Assembly: GCA_963662625.1 (NCBI GenBank)
Contig: OY759726.1
Span: 1,179,867 to 1,211,866 of the forward strand
Source of the DNA: Nitrosopumilus sp.
GTDB taxonomy: Archaea > Thermoproteota > Nitrososphaeria > Nitrososphaerales > Nitrosopumilaceae
Direction of reading: 5' to 3'
Length of the DNA: 32,000 nucleotides
Under the pieces are notes generated by a model. That model saw nothing but the letters and a program-made list of their open reading frames with translations, had not been told where the DNA came from and searched no databases. Below are positions 17,046 through 25,909 of this stretch, piece after piece. The position numbers and the translations under genes are program-made. Numbering within the stretch: position 1 is the first letter of the stretch; each line of letters starts with the position of its first letter.

Positions 17046-17107
17046 GGACTCCAAGCGGCACGGCCTGGCCACGGCCCGGGGATCGTGCCGAGTTGTGCAA
17101 CAGACTA

Positions 17108-17115
17108 ATGCCTAA
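17108..17115. repeat. Right 8-bp target-site duplication ATGCCTAA
   Basis: Identical to 14395-14402; follows directly after right TIR. Confidence 0.8.
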
Positions 17116-17117
17116 GC

Positions 17118-17153
17118 ATGGTTTTTATCGGGGTAACTGAGAATTTTGGTCAC
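17118..17153 (+). promoter_or_regulatory. Promoter of rps13-rps4 operon (TATA-like GTTTTTATC) just downstream of the IS end
   Basis: TTTTTAT around 17121-17127 is ~28-30 nt upstream of TTG at 17154, where the conserved protein [14 protein letters not shown] begins. Confidence 0.5.
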
Positions 17154-17729
17154 TTGAGCGCTCAGGAATACAGGCACATAGTCAGGATAGTGGGAAACGA
17201 CATCCCGGGGGCCAAAAAGGTCGTGGTCGGCCTGACCCAGATCAAGGGGATCGGGCACAACTTTGCCACCGCGGTGCTGGACGTGCTGAAAATTGACGTC
17301 AATTCCAACGTCGGCTTTCTGACGGAGCCGCAGGTACATGCCATCGAAAAGCTGATCACCGATCCAAAGTCTGCCAACTTTCCCGCATGGTTCCTGAACC
17401 GGAGAAAGGACATCGATACGGGAAACGACATGCACCTGCTCACGTCTGACATCCCGTTCACGCTGAGAAACGACATCGAGCGTGAGAGGGTCACCAACAG
17501 CTGGAGGGGGTACCGGCACCTGTACGGCCTCAAGGTCAGGGGGCAGAGGACCCGGACCACCGGAAGAAAGGGCGGCGCGGTAGGCGTCGCAAAGGGCGGC
17601 AAGGCCGCACCAGTAAAACCATCAAAGCCTGGCGCGCTGGCGTCGCCTACGGGGGAGGCCGTGGCCGAACAGGGGACTCCGGCTAAGGCAGAGGGCGAGA
17701 AGGCGGCCCCGGAGGAGACTACGTCGTAG
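17154..17729 (+). CDS. rps13: 30S ribosomal protein S13 (uS13) with Ala/Pro/Glu-rich C-terminal tail
   Basis: [34 protein letters not shown]; [20 protein letters not shown]. The ORF track starts at ATG 17118; TTG 17154 preferred. Confidence 0.92.
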   Translation: MSAQEYRHIVRIVGNDIPGAKKVVVGLTQIKGIGHNFATAVLDVLKIDVNSNVGFLTEPQVHAIEKLITDPKSANFPAWFLNRRKDIDTGNDMHLLTSDIPFTLRNDIERERVTNSWRGYRHLYGLKVRGQRTRTTGRKGGAVGVAKGGKAAPVKPSKPGALASPTGEAVAEQGTPAKAEGEKAAPEETTS

Positions 17730-17739
17730 GTGGCCGTGG

Positions 17740-18735
17740 ATGGGAGATCCAAAATACCCGCGGCGCGTGTGGAAGAAACCGAAGAGGCCCCTGAACTATG
17801 AACTAAAGATGGACGAGCTGAAGACGCTCGGCACGTTTGGGCTCAGGACAAAGAGGGAGCTGTGGAAGGCGCACACGGAGCTGTCCCGCGTAAGGCACCA
17901 GGCACGGTCGCTGCTTGCGCTGAGGCAGGAGATAAGGCAGGAGAAAGAGCCGATCCTGATGAGGTCGCTCGCAAGAATCGGGCTGGTCAGCGGAGACGCG
18001 ACCCTGGACGACGTGTTGAACCTGCAGGTAAACGACCTGCTTTCCCGCAGGTTGCAGACGATAGTGTCGAGGAAGCTGGGGTTTCAAACCCCGTACCAGG
18101 CAAGGCAGGCTGTCGTGCACGGCCACATAATGATCGGGGACAGGAAGGTAACCATCCCGTCATACACCGTGACACTGGAAGAGGAAGACGCGATTCGTTT
18201 TTCCCCGGAATCCACGATTGCGGAGATGTTGGAAAAGCACAAAAAGTCAACTGAGGAACCTGCAGAGGCCGCGCCAGAGACGCCGGCAGAGGCCGCGCCA
18301 GAGACGCCGGCAGAGGCCGCGCCAGAGACGCCGGCAGAGGCCGCGCCAGAGACGCCGGCAGAGGCCGCGCCAGAGACGCCGGCAGAGGCCGCGCCAGAGA
18401 CGCCGGCAGAGGCCGCGCCAGAGACGCCGGCAGAGGCCGCGCCAGAGACGCCGGCAGAGGCCGCGCCAGAGACGCCGGCAGAGGCCGCGCCAGAGACGCC
18501 GGCAGAGGCCGCGCCAGAGACGCCGGCAGAGGCCGCGCCAGAGACGCCGGCAGAGGCCGCGCCAGAGACGCCGGCAGAGGCCGCGCCAGAGACGCCGGCA
18601 GAGGCCGCGCCAGAGACGCCGGCAGAGGCCGCGCCAGAGACGCCGGCAGAGGCCGCGCCAGAGACGCCGGCAGAGGCCGCGCCAGAGACGCCGGCAGAGG
18701 AGAGTAAACAGGACGACAAGCCTTCACCGAACTAA
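17740..18735 (+). CDS. rps4: 30S ribosomal protein S4 (uS4) with a long (AEAAPETP)n C-terminal extension
   Basis: MGDPKYPRRVWKKPKRPLNYE...LLSRRLQTIVSRKLGFQTPYQARQAVVHGHIMIGDRKVTIPSYTV is a clear uS4 body. Confidence 0.95.
   Translation: MGDPKYPRRVWKKPKRPLNYELKMDELKTLGTFGLRTKRELWKAHTELSRVRHQARSLLALRQEIRQEKEPILMRSLARIGLVSGDATLDDVLNLQVNDLLSRRLQTIVSRKLGFQTPYQARQAVVHGHIMIGDRKVTIPSYTVTLEEEDAIRFSPESTIAEMLEKHKKSTEEPAEAAPETPAEAAPETPAEAAPETPAEAAPETPAEAAPETPAEAAPETPAEAAPETPAEAAPETPAEAAPETPAEAAPETPAEAAPETPAEAAPETPAEAAPETPAEAAPETPAEAAPETPAEAAPETPAEAAPETPAEAAPETPAEESKQDDKPSPN
18262..18693 (+). repeat. 18 perfect tandem copies of a 24-bp unit (GCAGAGGCCGCGCCAGAGACGCCG) within rps4
   Basis: Direct reading; unit repeats without a mismatch, followed by partial GCAGAG. 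Confidence 0.97.
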
Positions 18736-18784
18736 CTACAAGGAAAGATTATCAACAAATAGCCCCAAAAAGAAGAGTTTAACC

Positions 18785-20542
18785 ATGTGTTCAATCATAG
18801 GCTATTCCGGAAAAAACACCGCGGCGCCAATTCTGGTCAAGGGACTAAAGCGGATGGAATACCGCGGGTATGACAGCGTGGGGGTGGCCACGGAGTCAGG
18901 CAACCGGATCGAACTGAAAAAGGGGACGGGCAAGGTACACGAGGTCAACGCCAGGCTCAAGCTAACGGTACTGCCGGGCAAGGTGGGGATAGGCCACACG
19001 CGGTGGGCAACACACGGAAGCATAACGGACTCCAACGCGCACCCGCACCAGAGCAATTCCGGACGGATCGCAATAGTCCACAACGGGATAGTAGAGAATT
19101 TTGAAGAGCTGAGGGCCGGATTGAAAGACAGTGGGTACCGGTTCAAGAGCGACACGGACAGCGAGGTCATCGCCAACCTCTTGCAAAAAAACCACGAGGA
19201 ATGCGGTGACGTCAAGCAGGCGATGCTCAAGACCGTGTCGGAGCTAAAGGGCCACTACTCGTTCGTGGCCATGTTCGAAGGCGGCCAGCTGGCCGCGGCG
19301 AGGTTCCACGAGCCGCTCATAATAGGGCTGGGCCGGGGGGGCTACTTCCTGTCAAGCGACGTGCTCGGGTTCATCGAGCAGACGGACGACGCGATTTACA
19401 TCGACAGCATGAACCTGGCGATCGTGGACGGGGGGAGGCTGGAGATCGTCGACTTTGACGGCAACGAGGTGGCCCATGACGCCACCAAGGTCTCAAAGGA
19501 ATTCGCCGACGCGTACAAGGGGGAATACGCGCACTTTACCCTGAAGGAGATCTCCGAGCAGCCCGAAATCATCCTGAGGGCCAGCGAGGACGCTGACGCG
19601 AGCCTCAAAAAGGCAGCCGCCCTGATCAAAAGCTCCGGCAACGTCTTCATCACGGGCAGTGGCACCAGTTACAACGCCGCGCTGATCGGAAGGCAGCTGT
19701 TCTCAAAGTATGCCAAGATCAAGGCCGAGCCCGTGATTTCGAGCGAGCTGCCGTTCCTGTCGGAAGTGATAGAGCCCCGCTCCGCCCTGATTGCCATCTC
19801 GCAGAGCGGCGAAAGCGCGGACGTCCTTGAGGCGGTAAGCATCGCAAAAAAAGCCGACTGCACGATAATCTCCATAGTGAACCACCTCACGTCGTCCCTC
19901 GCCAGGGAGTCGGACGTGGTGGTGGGGATGAACTGCGGGCCGGAGATAGGGGTAGCCGCGACGAAGAGCTTCACGGCGCAGATAGCAATCCTATACAAGT
20001 TCCTGCAGGAAATGACCAGCGGGCTCGGGATAGACTTTGCGGAAATCTCGGGGGCGGTCTCGGAGATACTGGAGGACCAGTCCGTGATCAAGGAGATCGC
20101 AGGCAGCATCAAGGAGATCACCGACATCTACGTGCTGGGACGGGGGATCCACTACCCAATCGCGATGGAGTCGGCCCTGAAGCTAAAGGAGCTGACGTAC
20201 ATCCACGCCGAAGGCATCGCAGGCGGGGAACTGAAGCACGGCCCGCTCGCGCTGATGGATCCCGACGTGTTTGTAGTATTCATCAACCCCGACGACTCGA
20301 CATACGCCGACACGATAATAAGCGCGCGGGAGATAAAGGCCAGGGGCGCGAAGGTCATCGGGATATCGGACGTAGAGAGCGACGTATACGACTACTGGAT
20401 CCGGATTCCCAAGACGGGGAACCTGGCATACGTGATCACCGAGATAGTGCCAGTCCAGCTGCTGTCGTACTACGCCGCGCTGAAAAAAGACACGGATCCC
20501 GACTACCCGAGGAACCTGGCAAAGTCAGTCACCGTCAAATGA
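18785..20542 (+). CDS. glmS: Glutamine--fructose-6-phosphate aminotransferase (isomerizing)
   Basis: N-terminal nucleophile MCSIIGYSGKNTAAPILVKGLKRMEYRGYDSVG, GHTRWATHG, SIS domains ITGSGTSYNAALIG, ISQSGESADVLEA. Confidence 0.97.
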   Translation: MCSIIGYSGKNTAAPILVKGLKRMEYRGYDSVGVATESGNRIELKKGTGKVHEVNARLKLTVLPGKVGIGHTRWATHGSITDSNAHPHQSNSGRIAIVHNGIVENFEELRAGLKDSGYRFKSDTDSEVIANLLQKNHEECGDVKQAMLKTVSELKGHYSFVAMFEGGQLAAARFHEPLIIGLGRGGYFLSSDVLGFIEQTDDAIYIDSMNLAIVDGGRLEIVDFDGNEVAHDATKVSKEFADAYKGEYAHFTLKEISEQPEIILRASEDADASLKKAAALIKSSGNVFITGSGTSYNAALIGRQLFSKYAKIKAEPVISSELPFLSEVIEPRSALIAISQSGESADVLEAVSIAKKADCTIISIVNHLTSSLARESDVVVGMNCGPEIGVAATKSFTAQIAILYKFLQEMTSGLGIDFAEISGAVSEILEDQSVIKEIAGSIKEITDIYVLGRGIHYPIAMESALKLKELTYIHAEGIAGGELKHGPLALMDPDVFVVFINPDDSTYADTIISAREIKARGAKVIGISDVESDVYDYWIRIPKTGNLAYVITEIVPVQLLSYYAALKKDTDPDYPRNLAKSVTVK

Positions 20543-21602
20543 AGACCCTGCCGTATTCCTTCTGCGCCAGCTCCAAAAAGCACGCCGACGTGCTCCCGGT
20601 CTTGGCCATGGACGAGATGATCGTGCCGCCCGCCCCGGCGCCCTCCTTGACGTGCCCCTCGGAGAACGCCCTCAGTCCGGGAAACCTGGAGTCTTCCAGG
20701 CCGGGGTCCACCGCGATTGCCGGGATGTCGGCGATCTCCGACACCATGCCCCTGATGTCGGCGCTCCGGTCGTCTAGTATGTACGATGTGGTGCCGAGCA
20801 CGGTGTTTGACTCGTCAAATCCCACCTTCGACGCGAATGCCAGGACGGCGGCCATCTGGGTCCCGCCCGCCAGCATGACCTTGGACGCCGTGGACGCCGC
20901 GCTGAGCATGCCTGCGACGAACGCTATCATCGGGTCACCCACGTTCGCTACCACCTCGTAGGGGTTCGCGGCAGGCGACCTCTCCAGCGCCTCTTCGGCC
21001 ACCCTGTTTTTCAGGGCCACGGGGTTGTCGGCCATGCTGGAACTGACCCTCGCGTTGAACCCGAGCCCCCGCAACACAGCCAGGGCGGTGGTGGTCCCCC
21101 CCGGGATGCTCTCCCCTATCACCAGGCAGTCGGTCATGGATGCCAGCGTGCGGCCGACGATCCTGCCATAGTCTATCGCGTGGGACACCTCAGAGCCGGA
21201 CATCGCGGCCTCCGCGGAGATGTTCTTCCCGCAGGCCAGCCCGGTGCTCACGTACGGCAGCTTCGGGGCAACCATGCTGCCCGCGTCGATCGCGACGTGG
21301 GGGATGCTCGATGACTCCAGGGCGGTCTTCGTCAGCAGGGCCGGCGTGGGCTTTCCGTCGGGGGTCACCGGGATCCCCCTGATGGTCTTGCAGCTGCCGT
21401 AGTAGAGGTACTCTGCGTCGGCAGCAGGAGTGAACTTCATCGACTCCCGGTCCGCCCCGGCAAGAGTTATCCCGGGAATCTCGCAGGTCTCCGTGTAGGA
21501 CATGACAAACGAGAACAGGAATCTCCCCTTCCTGGATCCCTCGACAAACTCCGAGGCCTTCTCCGAATCCCCAAAAAACGTGAAGTCGCCAAGACGGTCC
21601 AT
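20535..21602 (-). CDS. cobT: Nicotinate-nucleotide--dimethylbenzimidazole phosphoribosyltransferase-like (archaeal CobT / UPF0284)
   Basis: GESIPGGTTTALAVLRGLG, VGDPMIAFVAGMLSAASTASKVMLAGGTQMAAVLA, KEGAGAGGTIISS. Confidence 0.85.
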   Translation of the reverse strand: MDRLGDFTFFGDSEKASEFVEGSRKGRFLFSFVMSYTETCEIPGITLAGADRESMKFTPAADAEYLYYGSCKTIRGIPVTPDGKPTPALLTKTALESSSIPHVAIDAGSMVAPKLPYVSTGLACGKNISAEAAMSGSEVSHAIDYGRIVGRTLASMTDCLVIGESIPGGTTTALAVLRGLGFNARVSSSMADNPVALKNRVAEEALERSPAANPYEVVANVGDPMIAFVAGMLSAASTASKVMLAGGTQMAAVLAFASKVGFDESNTVLGTTSYILDDRSADIRGMVSEIADIPAIAVDPGLEDSRFPGLRAFSEGHVKEGAGAGGTIISSMAKTGSTSACFLELAQKEYGRVFI

Positions 21603-21683
21603 CAGCCGTGTTTATGGGGGCCCGGGAGGTAAAAAACCTAGCCAATCACCGGATCGTTTCGGCCGGGTCCGCGGCCCGGCGCG

Positions 21684-22292
21684 TCACCCCAGGGCGCCGA
21701 CAAACTCCTGCTCCGTGCGCCTCTGCAGTACTGGGTTTGACGCCTTCTCCTCGCCCATGGTGGAGGTTGCGGCGCGGCCGTAGTCGTGCCCGGGATAGAG
21801 CACGAGGCCGTCGTCAAGGGGGTACATGACGTCGAACAGGCTGTGGTACAGCTCCCTCGAGCTCCCGCCCGGGAGATCCACCCTGCCGCAGGTGCCCACG
21901 AACAGGGTGTCCCCGGAGAAGATCTTGCCGTCGCCCACCAGGCACATGCTGTCCTTGGAGTGGCCGGGGGTGTGCAGCACCTTCAGCCTCGAGTCCCCGA
22001 ACTCGATCACGTCGCCGTCCCTGACCGAGATGTCGCGCTCCAGCTCCGAGGCCTCGTGCTGGATGATCTTCGCGCCCGTGGAAGCCGCCATCCCATCGTT
22101 TCCGAGCGTGTGGTCGAAATGGTGGTGCGTGTTGACGACGTATTTCACCTTCAGGCCGTTGCGCATTATGACCCGCTCGATCTCGGGCAGGTCCCAGGAC
22201 GGGTCTATGACTACCGCCTGGCCGGTACCCTCGTCTGCGACGACGTAGGTAAAGTTCTGCATGCCCCCGACCCGGACCTGATGCACCCTCAT
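21684..22292 (-). CDS. Metallo-beta-lactamase-fold hydrolase (glyoxalase II-like)
   Basis: THHHFDHTLGN, HTPGHSKDSMC, SGDTLFVGTCGRVDLPGG, LYPGHDYG. Start refined to MRVHQVRVGG. Confidence 0.92.
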   Translation of the reverse strand: MRVHQVRVGGMQNFTYVVADEGTGQAVVIDPSWDLPEIERVIMRNGLKVKYVVNTHHHFDHTLGNDGMAASTGAKIIQHEASELERDISVRDGDVIEFGDSRLKVLHTPGHSKDSMCLVGDGKIFSGDTLFVGTCGRVDLPGGSSRELYHSLFDVMYPLDDGLVLYPGHDYGRAATSTMGEEKASNPVLQRRTEQEFVGALG

Positions 22293-22936
22293 AGCACTCC
22301 CTCTTCCGCCTCGGGCGGGATGCCGATTTTTTCCACCAGCAGCTCGCCCGTCAGGTCCCTCCTCCTCGGAATCCCGCGCTTCATCTTGTGGAACGTCACC
22401 GTCATGTCGGCCTTGACAAACACGTTTGCCGTCTCCCCCGTCTGCGGATCCAGGCCGGAAGGCACGTCTACTGCAAGCTTGAAACAACCCGCCTGGTTGA
22501 CGTACCCTATCGCGGAGGCGTAGGGCTCCCTGATCTCCCCCGCGATCCCGGTACCCAGCATGCCGTCCACGATCGCGTCAGGCCGGAGGTCGGCGCCGGG
22601 GGCCCCGCCGGGCACCAGCCTTACCGACGGCATCTTCTGCAGGATCGACCAGTTCCACCGGCTCTCCTCCGTCTTGATGTCCCCGGGCTGGCCCATGAGC
22701 ACCACCGTGACCGCCGCGCCGTAGCCGGCCAGGTGGCGCGCCATCACCAGGCCGTCGCCCCCGTTGTTTCCCATCCCGGCAAAGACGAGGATGCTCTTGG
22801 AGCGGGGGTCGCCGAACCTCTCGACCATCCTCCCCACGGAGGCGGCGCCGGCGTTCTCCATCATGAACTTCTTCAGGAACCCCATGCGGTGCCCCCTGTC
22901 CTCGATCTGGTACATCTGGTCCACAGTGATCTCCAT
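22289..22936 (-). CDS. nnrE: NAD(P)H-hydrate epimerase (YjeF N-terminal domain)
   Basis: ILVFAGMGNNGGDGLVMARHLAGYG, VDGMLGTGIAGEIREP, LAVDVPSGLDPQTG; ATGA overlap with the MBL gene. Confidence 0.92.
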   Translation of the reverse strand: MEITVDQMYQIEDRGHRMGFLKKFMMENAGAASVGRMVERFGDPRSKSILVFAGMGNNGGDGLVMARHLAGYGAAVTVVLMGQPGDIKTEESRWNWSILQKMPSVRLVPGGAPGADLRPDAIVDGMLGTGIAGEIREPYASAIGYVNQAGCFKLAVDVPSGLDPQTGETANVFVKADMTVTFHKMKRGIPRRRDLTGELLVEKIGIPPEAEEGVL

Positions 22937-23035
22937 GGGCTGGGATGGGACGGCGCGAGATAATAATTTATTGAAACACGCCGCGGCCGGCCCGCGCTGC
23001 AAACGGCTTTATCCTAGTTGGGCGCGCCACTAGGC

Positions 23036-23650
23036 ATGACCATGAAAGCCGCAAGGTCGTCCCTAGACAGGATTTCAAGATCGCTGTCAAAAACCCAGGA
23101 CGACAGGGAGTTCCTGCTGAGGAACACGCGGGAGATAATCGCCGCGTGCGGCAGGTCGATAATCTCGACGCACAGGGGCGACTCCAAGTCCGCAAAGGCG
23201 AGCCTCGGGCGCGCCGGCGCGCTGCTGGAGAAATACAGGGCAAAGGCGGCCGGGGACCTGAAGCGGTACATGATCACCCCGGAGCAGGAATACGTCGAGG
23301 CGGCGTGCCTGATCTCGATCGCGGAAAAAAAACCGATCCCGTCGGACAAGAAGCTGAACGTGATGCCGGAGGCGTACGTCCTCGGCCTGCTGGACTGCGT
23401 GGGCGAGATGAAGCGGATGGTCTTCGACCAGATCAGGGCGGGGGACGTCGGGGAGGCCTCCAGGGTCTTTGACGTCATGGAAAACCTGTACCTTGCCCTG
23501 TACCCGTTCGCGGCGTATGACAAGGTGCTCAAGGACGCCAGGAGGAAGACCGACGTTGATCGGATCCTCGTCGACGACGCGAGGGGGGCGATCACGGAGG
23601 AGGCCAGGCGCTCCGAGCTGATCAGGGCCATGGGCGGGATCGGCGGGTAG
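23036..23650 (+). CDS. Translin family protein
   Basis: REFLLRNTREIIAACGRSI, QEYVEAACLISIAE, YVLGLLDCVGEMKRMVFDQIRAGD, MENLYLALYPF are translin/TRAX-like. Confidence 0.85.
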   Translation: MTMKAARSSLDRISRSLSKTQDDREFLLRNTREIIAACGRSIISTHRGDSKSAKASLGRAGALLEKYRAKAAGDLKRYMITPEQEYVEAACLISIAEKKPIPSDKKLNVMPEAYVLGLLDCVGEMKRMVFDQIRAGDVGEASRVFDVMENLYLALYPFAAYDKVLKDARRKTDVDRILVDDARGAITEEARRSELIRAMGGIGG

Positions 23651-23664
23651 CAGGTGTGGGTGTG

Positions 23665-23749
23665 TGCGGGCGATGGGATTTGAACCCACGAACTCCTGAG
23701 AGACTAGCCCCTCAAGCTAGCGCCTTTGGCCAGGCTGGGCAACGCCCGC
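23665..23749 (-). tRNA. tRNA-Leu (anticodon GAG)
   Basis: Reverse complement GCGGGCG...CGCCCGC + A, anticodon arm CTAGC-TTGAGGG-GCTAG, long variable arm, GGGTTCAAATCCC T-arm. Confidence 0.92.
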
Positions 23750-23801
23750 AACTAGTGTGCCTTGCATGGTTTTTATAATCCTTGGTCGCCCCTTCGTTCG
23801 T

Positions 23802-24038
23802 ATGCTGATTCCGGTAAGATGTTTCACCTGCGGGAACCTGATAGCGGACAAGCATGAGGACTATCAAAGCAGGGTAAAGGCGGGCGAGGATCCCGCCGCG
23901 GTGCTGGATTCCCTGCAGATCAGCAGGTATTGCTGCCGCAGGATGCTGCTGTCTACCGTGGAGACCATCCAGCAGGTCATCCCGTTCTACGAGGCGATAC
24001 ACAGGAGACGGCAGGAAGTCCTGTCTGAGCTAGAATAG
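23802..24038 (+). CDS. rpoN: DNA-directed RNA polymerase subunit N (Rpb10 homologue)
   Basis: [17 protein letters not shown]...[15 protein letters not shown] zinc-binding signature; the track ORF starts upstream, through a TATA-like GTTTTTATAAT at 23769. Confidence 0.96.
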   Translation: MLIPVRCFTCGNLIADKHEDYQSRVKAGEDPAAVLDSLQISRYCCRRMLLSTVETIQQVIPFYEAIHRRRQEVLSELE

Positions 24039-24039
24039 A

Positions 24040-25278
24040 TTGCCAAGGATAACCTCCGTCGACGGGCGCATTTTATACAACAGCAGGGGGGGCAGGACCG
24101 TCGAGGTTGACGTGACCGCCGACGGCGCCCACCTGGGCAGGGTCTGCGCGCCTTCGGGCGCCAGCGTGGGCAGGCACGAGGCGGTGAGTTTTCCCAACGG
24201 CAGGCCGGAAGACGGGCTGAGGATCCTGAGGGAAAACTCGCAGAGGTTCGTGGGGCTGGAACCGTCCGACCTAAAGTCCGTCCACGACGCCCTGCGGTGC
24301 ATCGACCAGACCCCCGACTATTCGAAGATCGGCGGGGCGCTGGCGTTCGCGGTGACGATCGCGTCGATGGAGTCGGCCTCCAGGGAGTCCGGCCGGCCGC
24401 TGTTCCAGATGCTGTCGCCGGAGGCGCGTTTCAGGTTCCCCTTCCCGCTGGGGAACATCCTGGGCGGGGGGGCCCACGCGGGGCCGGGCACCCCGGACAT
24501 ACAGGAGATACTGGTATGCGCGACGGGAGCCGGGACGGTCGTGGAGGCGATCGAGACGAACCTGTCGGTGCACGGGGAGCTCCGGCGGGTACTGGAGAGG
24601 GAAGACCCGGGGTTTACTAACGGCAGGGGGGACGAGGGCGGCTGGGCGCCGAAGCTGGACAACGAGAGGGCCCTGGAACTGTCTGCCAAGGCGTGCGAGA
24701 ACCTGGGCTTCACGCTGGGAAAGGAGGTGTCCCTCGGCGTGGACTTTGCGTCGTCGACGCAGTGGAACGAGGCCAGGCAGACCTACGAGTACCGCAGGGC
24801 CGGCTTTGAGAACTCGCCGGCAGAGCAGATCGAGTTCGCCTCCAGGCTTATCCGCGACTACAAGCTGGCCTACGCGGAGGACGCCGTCCACGAGGAGGCG
24901 TTCGAGGACATGGCCGAGCTGACCTCGAGGTTCCCTGACACGCTGGTCACGGGCGACGACCTCACGGTGACGAACACGGGAATACTGAAGAAGGCGATCG
25001 GGTCAAAGTCGTGCAACGCCGCGATCCTGAAGGTAAACCAGGCGGGGAGCCTGTACGACGCGCTGGAGTTCGCGGGCGAGGCAAACTCCCACGGCATCGG
25101 GCTCGTCACGTCGCACAGGTCAGGCGAGTCTACCGACTCCCACATCTCCCACATCGGCCTGGCCACCGGCTCTAAGATGCTCAAGGTGGGCATAGTGGGG
25201 GGGGAGCGGGTGGCAAAGATAAACGAGCTGGTGCGCCTCTCAGAGCATGATTTAATATGCGGTATGGCAGAGGTTTAG
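24040..25278 (+). CDS. eno: Enolase
   Basis: NSRGGRTVEVDV, GGGAHAGPGTPDIQEILV, GDEGGWAPKL, GDDLTVTNTGIL, KVNQAGSLYDALE, SHRSGESTDSHISH; TTG start. Confidence 0.97.
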   Translation: MPRITSVDGRILYNSRGGRTVEVDVTADGAHLGRVCAPSGASVGRHEAVSFPNGRPEDGLRILRENSQRFVGLEPSDLKSVHDALRCIDQTPDYSKIGGALAFAVTIASMESASRESGRPLFQMLSPEARFRFPFPLGNILGGGAHAGPGTPDIQEILVCATGAGTVVEAIETNLSVHGELRRVLEREDPGFTNGRGDEGGWAPKLDNERALELSAKACENLGFTLGKEVSLGVDFASSTQWNEARQTYEYRRAGFENSPAEQIEFASRLIRDYKLAYAEDAVHEEAFEDMAELTSRFPDTLVTGDDLTVTNTGILKKAIGSKSCNAAILKVNQAGSLYDALEFAGEANSHGIGLVTSHRSGESTDSHISHIGLATGSKMLKVGIVGGERVAKINELVRLSEHDLICGMAEV

Positions 25279-25285
25279 AATCGCC

Positions 25286-25909
25286 ATGAGTCAGCAGGCA
25301 GAAACGACCGACATCAAAAAAAGGGTGCTCTCCACCGGCATCAGGGTGGGGACGCAGGTCAAGACCAAGTTCATGAGGCAGTTCATAACAAAGGCCAGCC
25401 CGGAGGGGCTGTACATGCTCGACCTGGACATCACCATGGAGAGGATCAAGACCGCCGCCAGGTTCATCAACCGCCTCGGGCCGGAAAGGCTGATCATCTG
25501 CTCGGGCAGGCAGTACGCGAACACCCCCATCGAGAAGTTCTGCGAAATGCTGGGCTCCACAAAGTCGCTGGGCAGGTTCATGCCCGGCACCCTGACAAAC
25601 CCCTCGCTGCCGTACTACAAGGAACCGAAGCTGGTGCTGATCTCCGACCCGCAGATCGACGGGCAGTCGATCACGGAGGCGACGAACGCGGGCATACCTG
25701 TCATCGGGATTGCAAACACCGACAACATAACGTCAAAACTCGACGTGATAATCCCAGCAAACAACAGGGGCAGGAAGGCCCTTGCCACCATCTACTGGCT
25801 CCTCGCACGCCAGATCCTCATCGAGAGGGGGGACCTGAAGGAAGACGAGCCGATGAAGTACGAGATAGACGACTTTGAGACCAAGATAACCGAAGAGGAA
25901 CCCGAGTGA
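25286..25909 (+). CDS. rps2: 30S ribosomal protein S2 (uS2)
   Basis: STGIRVGTQVKTKFMRQFI, MLDLDITMERIKTAARFI, FMPGTLTNPSLPYYKEPKLVLISDPQIDGQSITEATNAGIPVIGIANTDN. Confidence 0.97.
   Translation: MSQQAETTDIKKRVLSTGIRVGTQVKTKFMRQFITKASPEGLYMLDLDITMERIKTAARFINRLGPERLIICSGRQYANTPIEKFCEMLGSTKSLGRFMPGTLTNPSLPYYKEPKLVLISDPQIDGQSITEATNAGIPVIGIANTDNITSKLDVIIPANNRGRKALATIYWLLARQILIERGDLKEDEPMKYEIDDFETKITEEEPE

Larger units (their letters stand above)
14403..17107 (+). mobile_element. IS5/IS4-like DDE insertion sequence (about 1.29 kb when restored), interrupted in its left terminal repeat by an IS110-family element
   Basis: Left TIR TAGTCTGTTG|CACAACT (14418-14427 joined to 15833-15839) is the exact reverse complement of right TIR AGTTGTGCAACAGACTA (17091-17107); flanked by 8-bp ATGCCTAA (14395-14402 and 17108-17115). 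Confidence 0.85.

Noticed and set aside
16286-17140. Second frame ORF over the IS5-like transposase (284 aa), tested as a programmed frameshift partner
   Set aside because: The DDE motifs are all in the 15903..17045 frame; the overlapping frame is low-complexity Gly/Arg/Ala-rich and typical of high-GC shadow ORFs.
17118-17153. Coding N-terminal extension [12 protein letters not shown] of ribosomal protein S13
   Set aside because: Encoded over a TATA-like element, and conserved S13 sequence starts at the TTG at 17154; better read as promoter.
18262-18693. Possible CRISPR array
   Set aside because: Units are directly contiguous with no spacers and encode an in-frame peptide repeat.
17987-18727. 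Minus-strand ORFs with PASLARPL or SGAASAGV repeats (17987..18727, 18084..18719)
   Set aside because: Antisense readings of the same tandem repeat within rps4; no independent coding evidence.
18218-20542. 774-aa ORF beginning RRCWKSTKSQLRNLQRPRQRRRQRP... and running into glmS
   Set aside because: The RQRPRQRR part is the out-of-frame reading of the rps4 24-bp array; the real glmS starts at MCSIIGYSG (18785). The array is open in other frames only because it is periodic in 24 bp.
23757-23801. N-terminal extension [15 protein letters not shown] of RpoN
   Set aside because: RpoN proteins start [11 protein letters not shown]; the extension lies over a TATA-like GTTTTTATAAT sequence.
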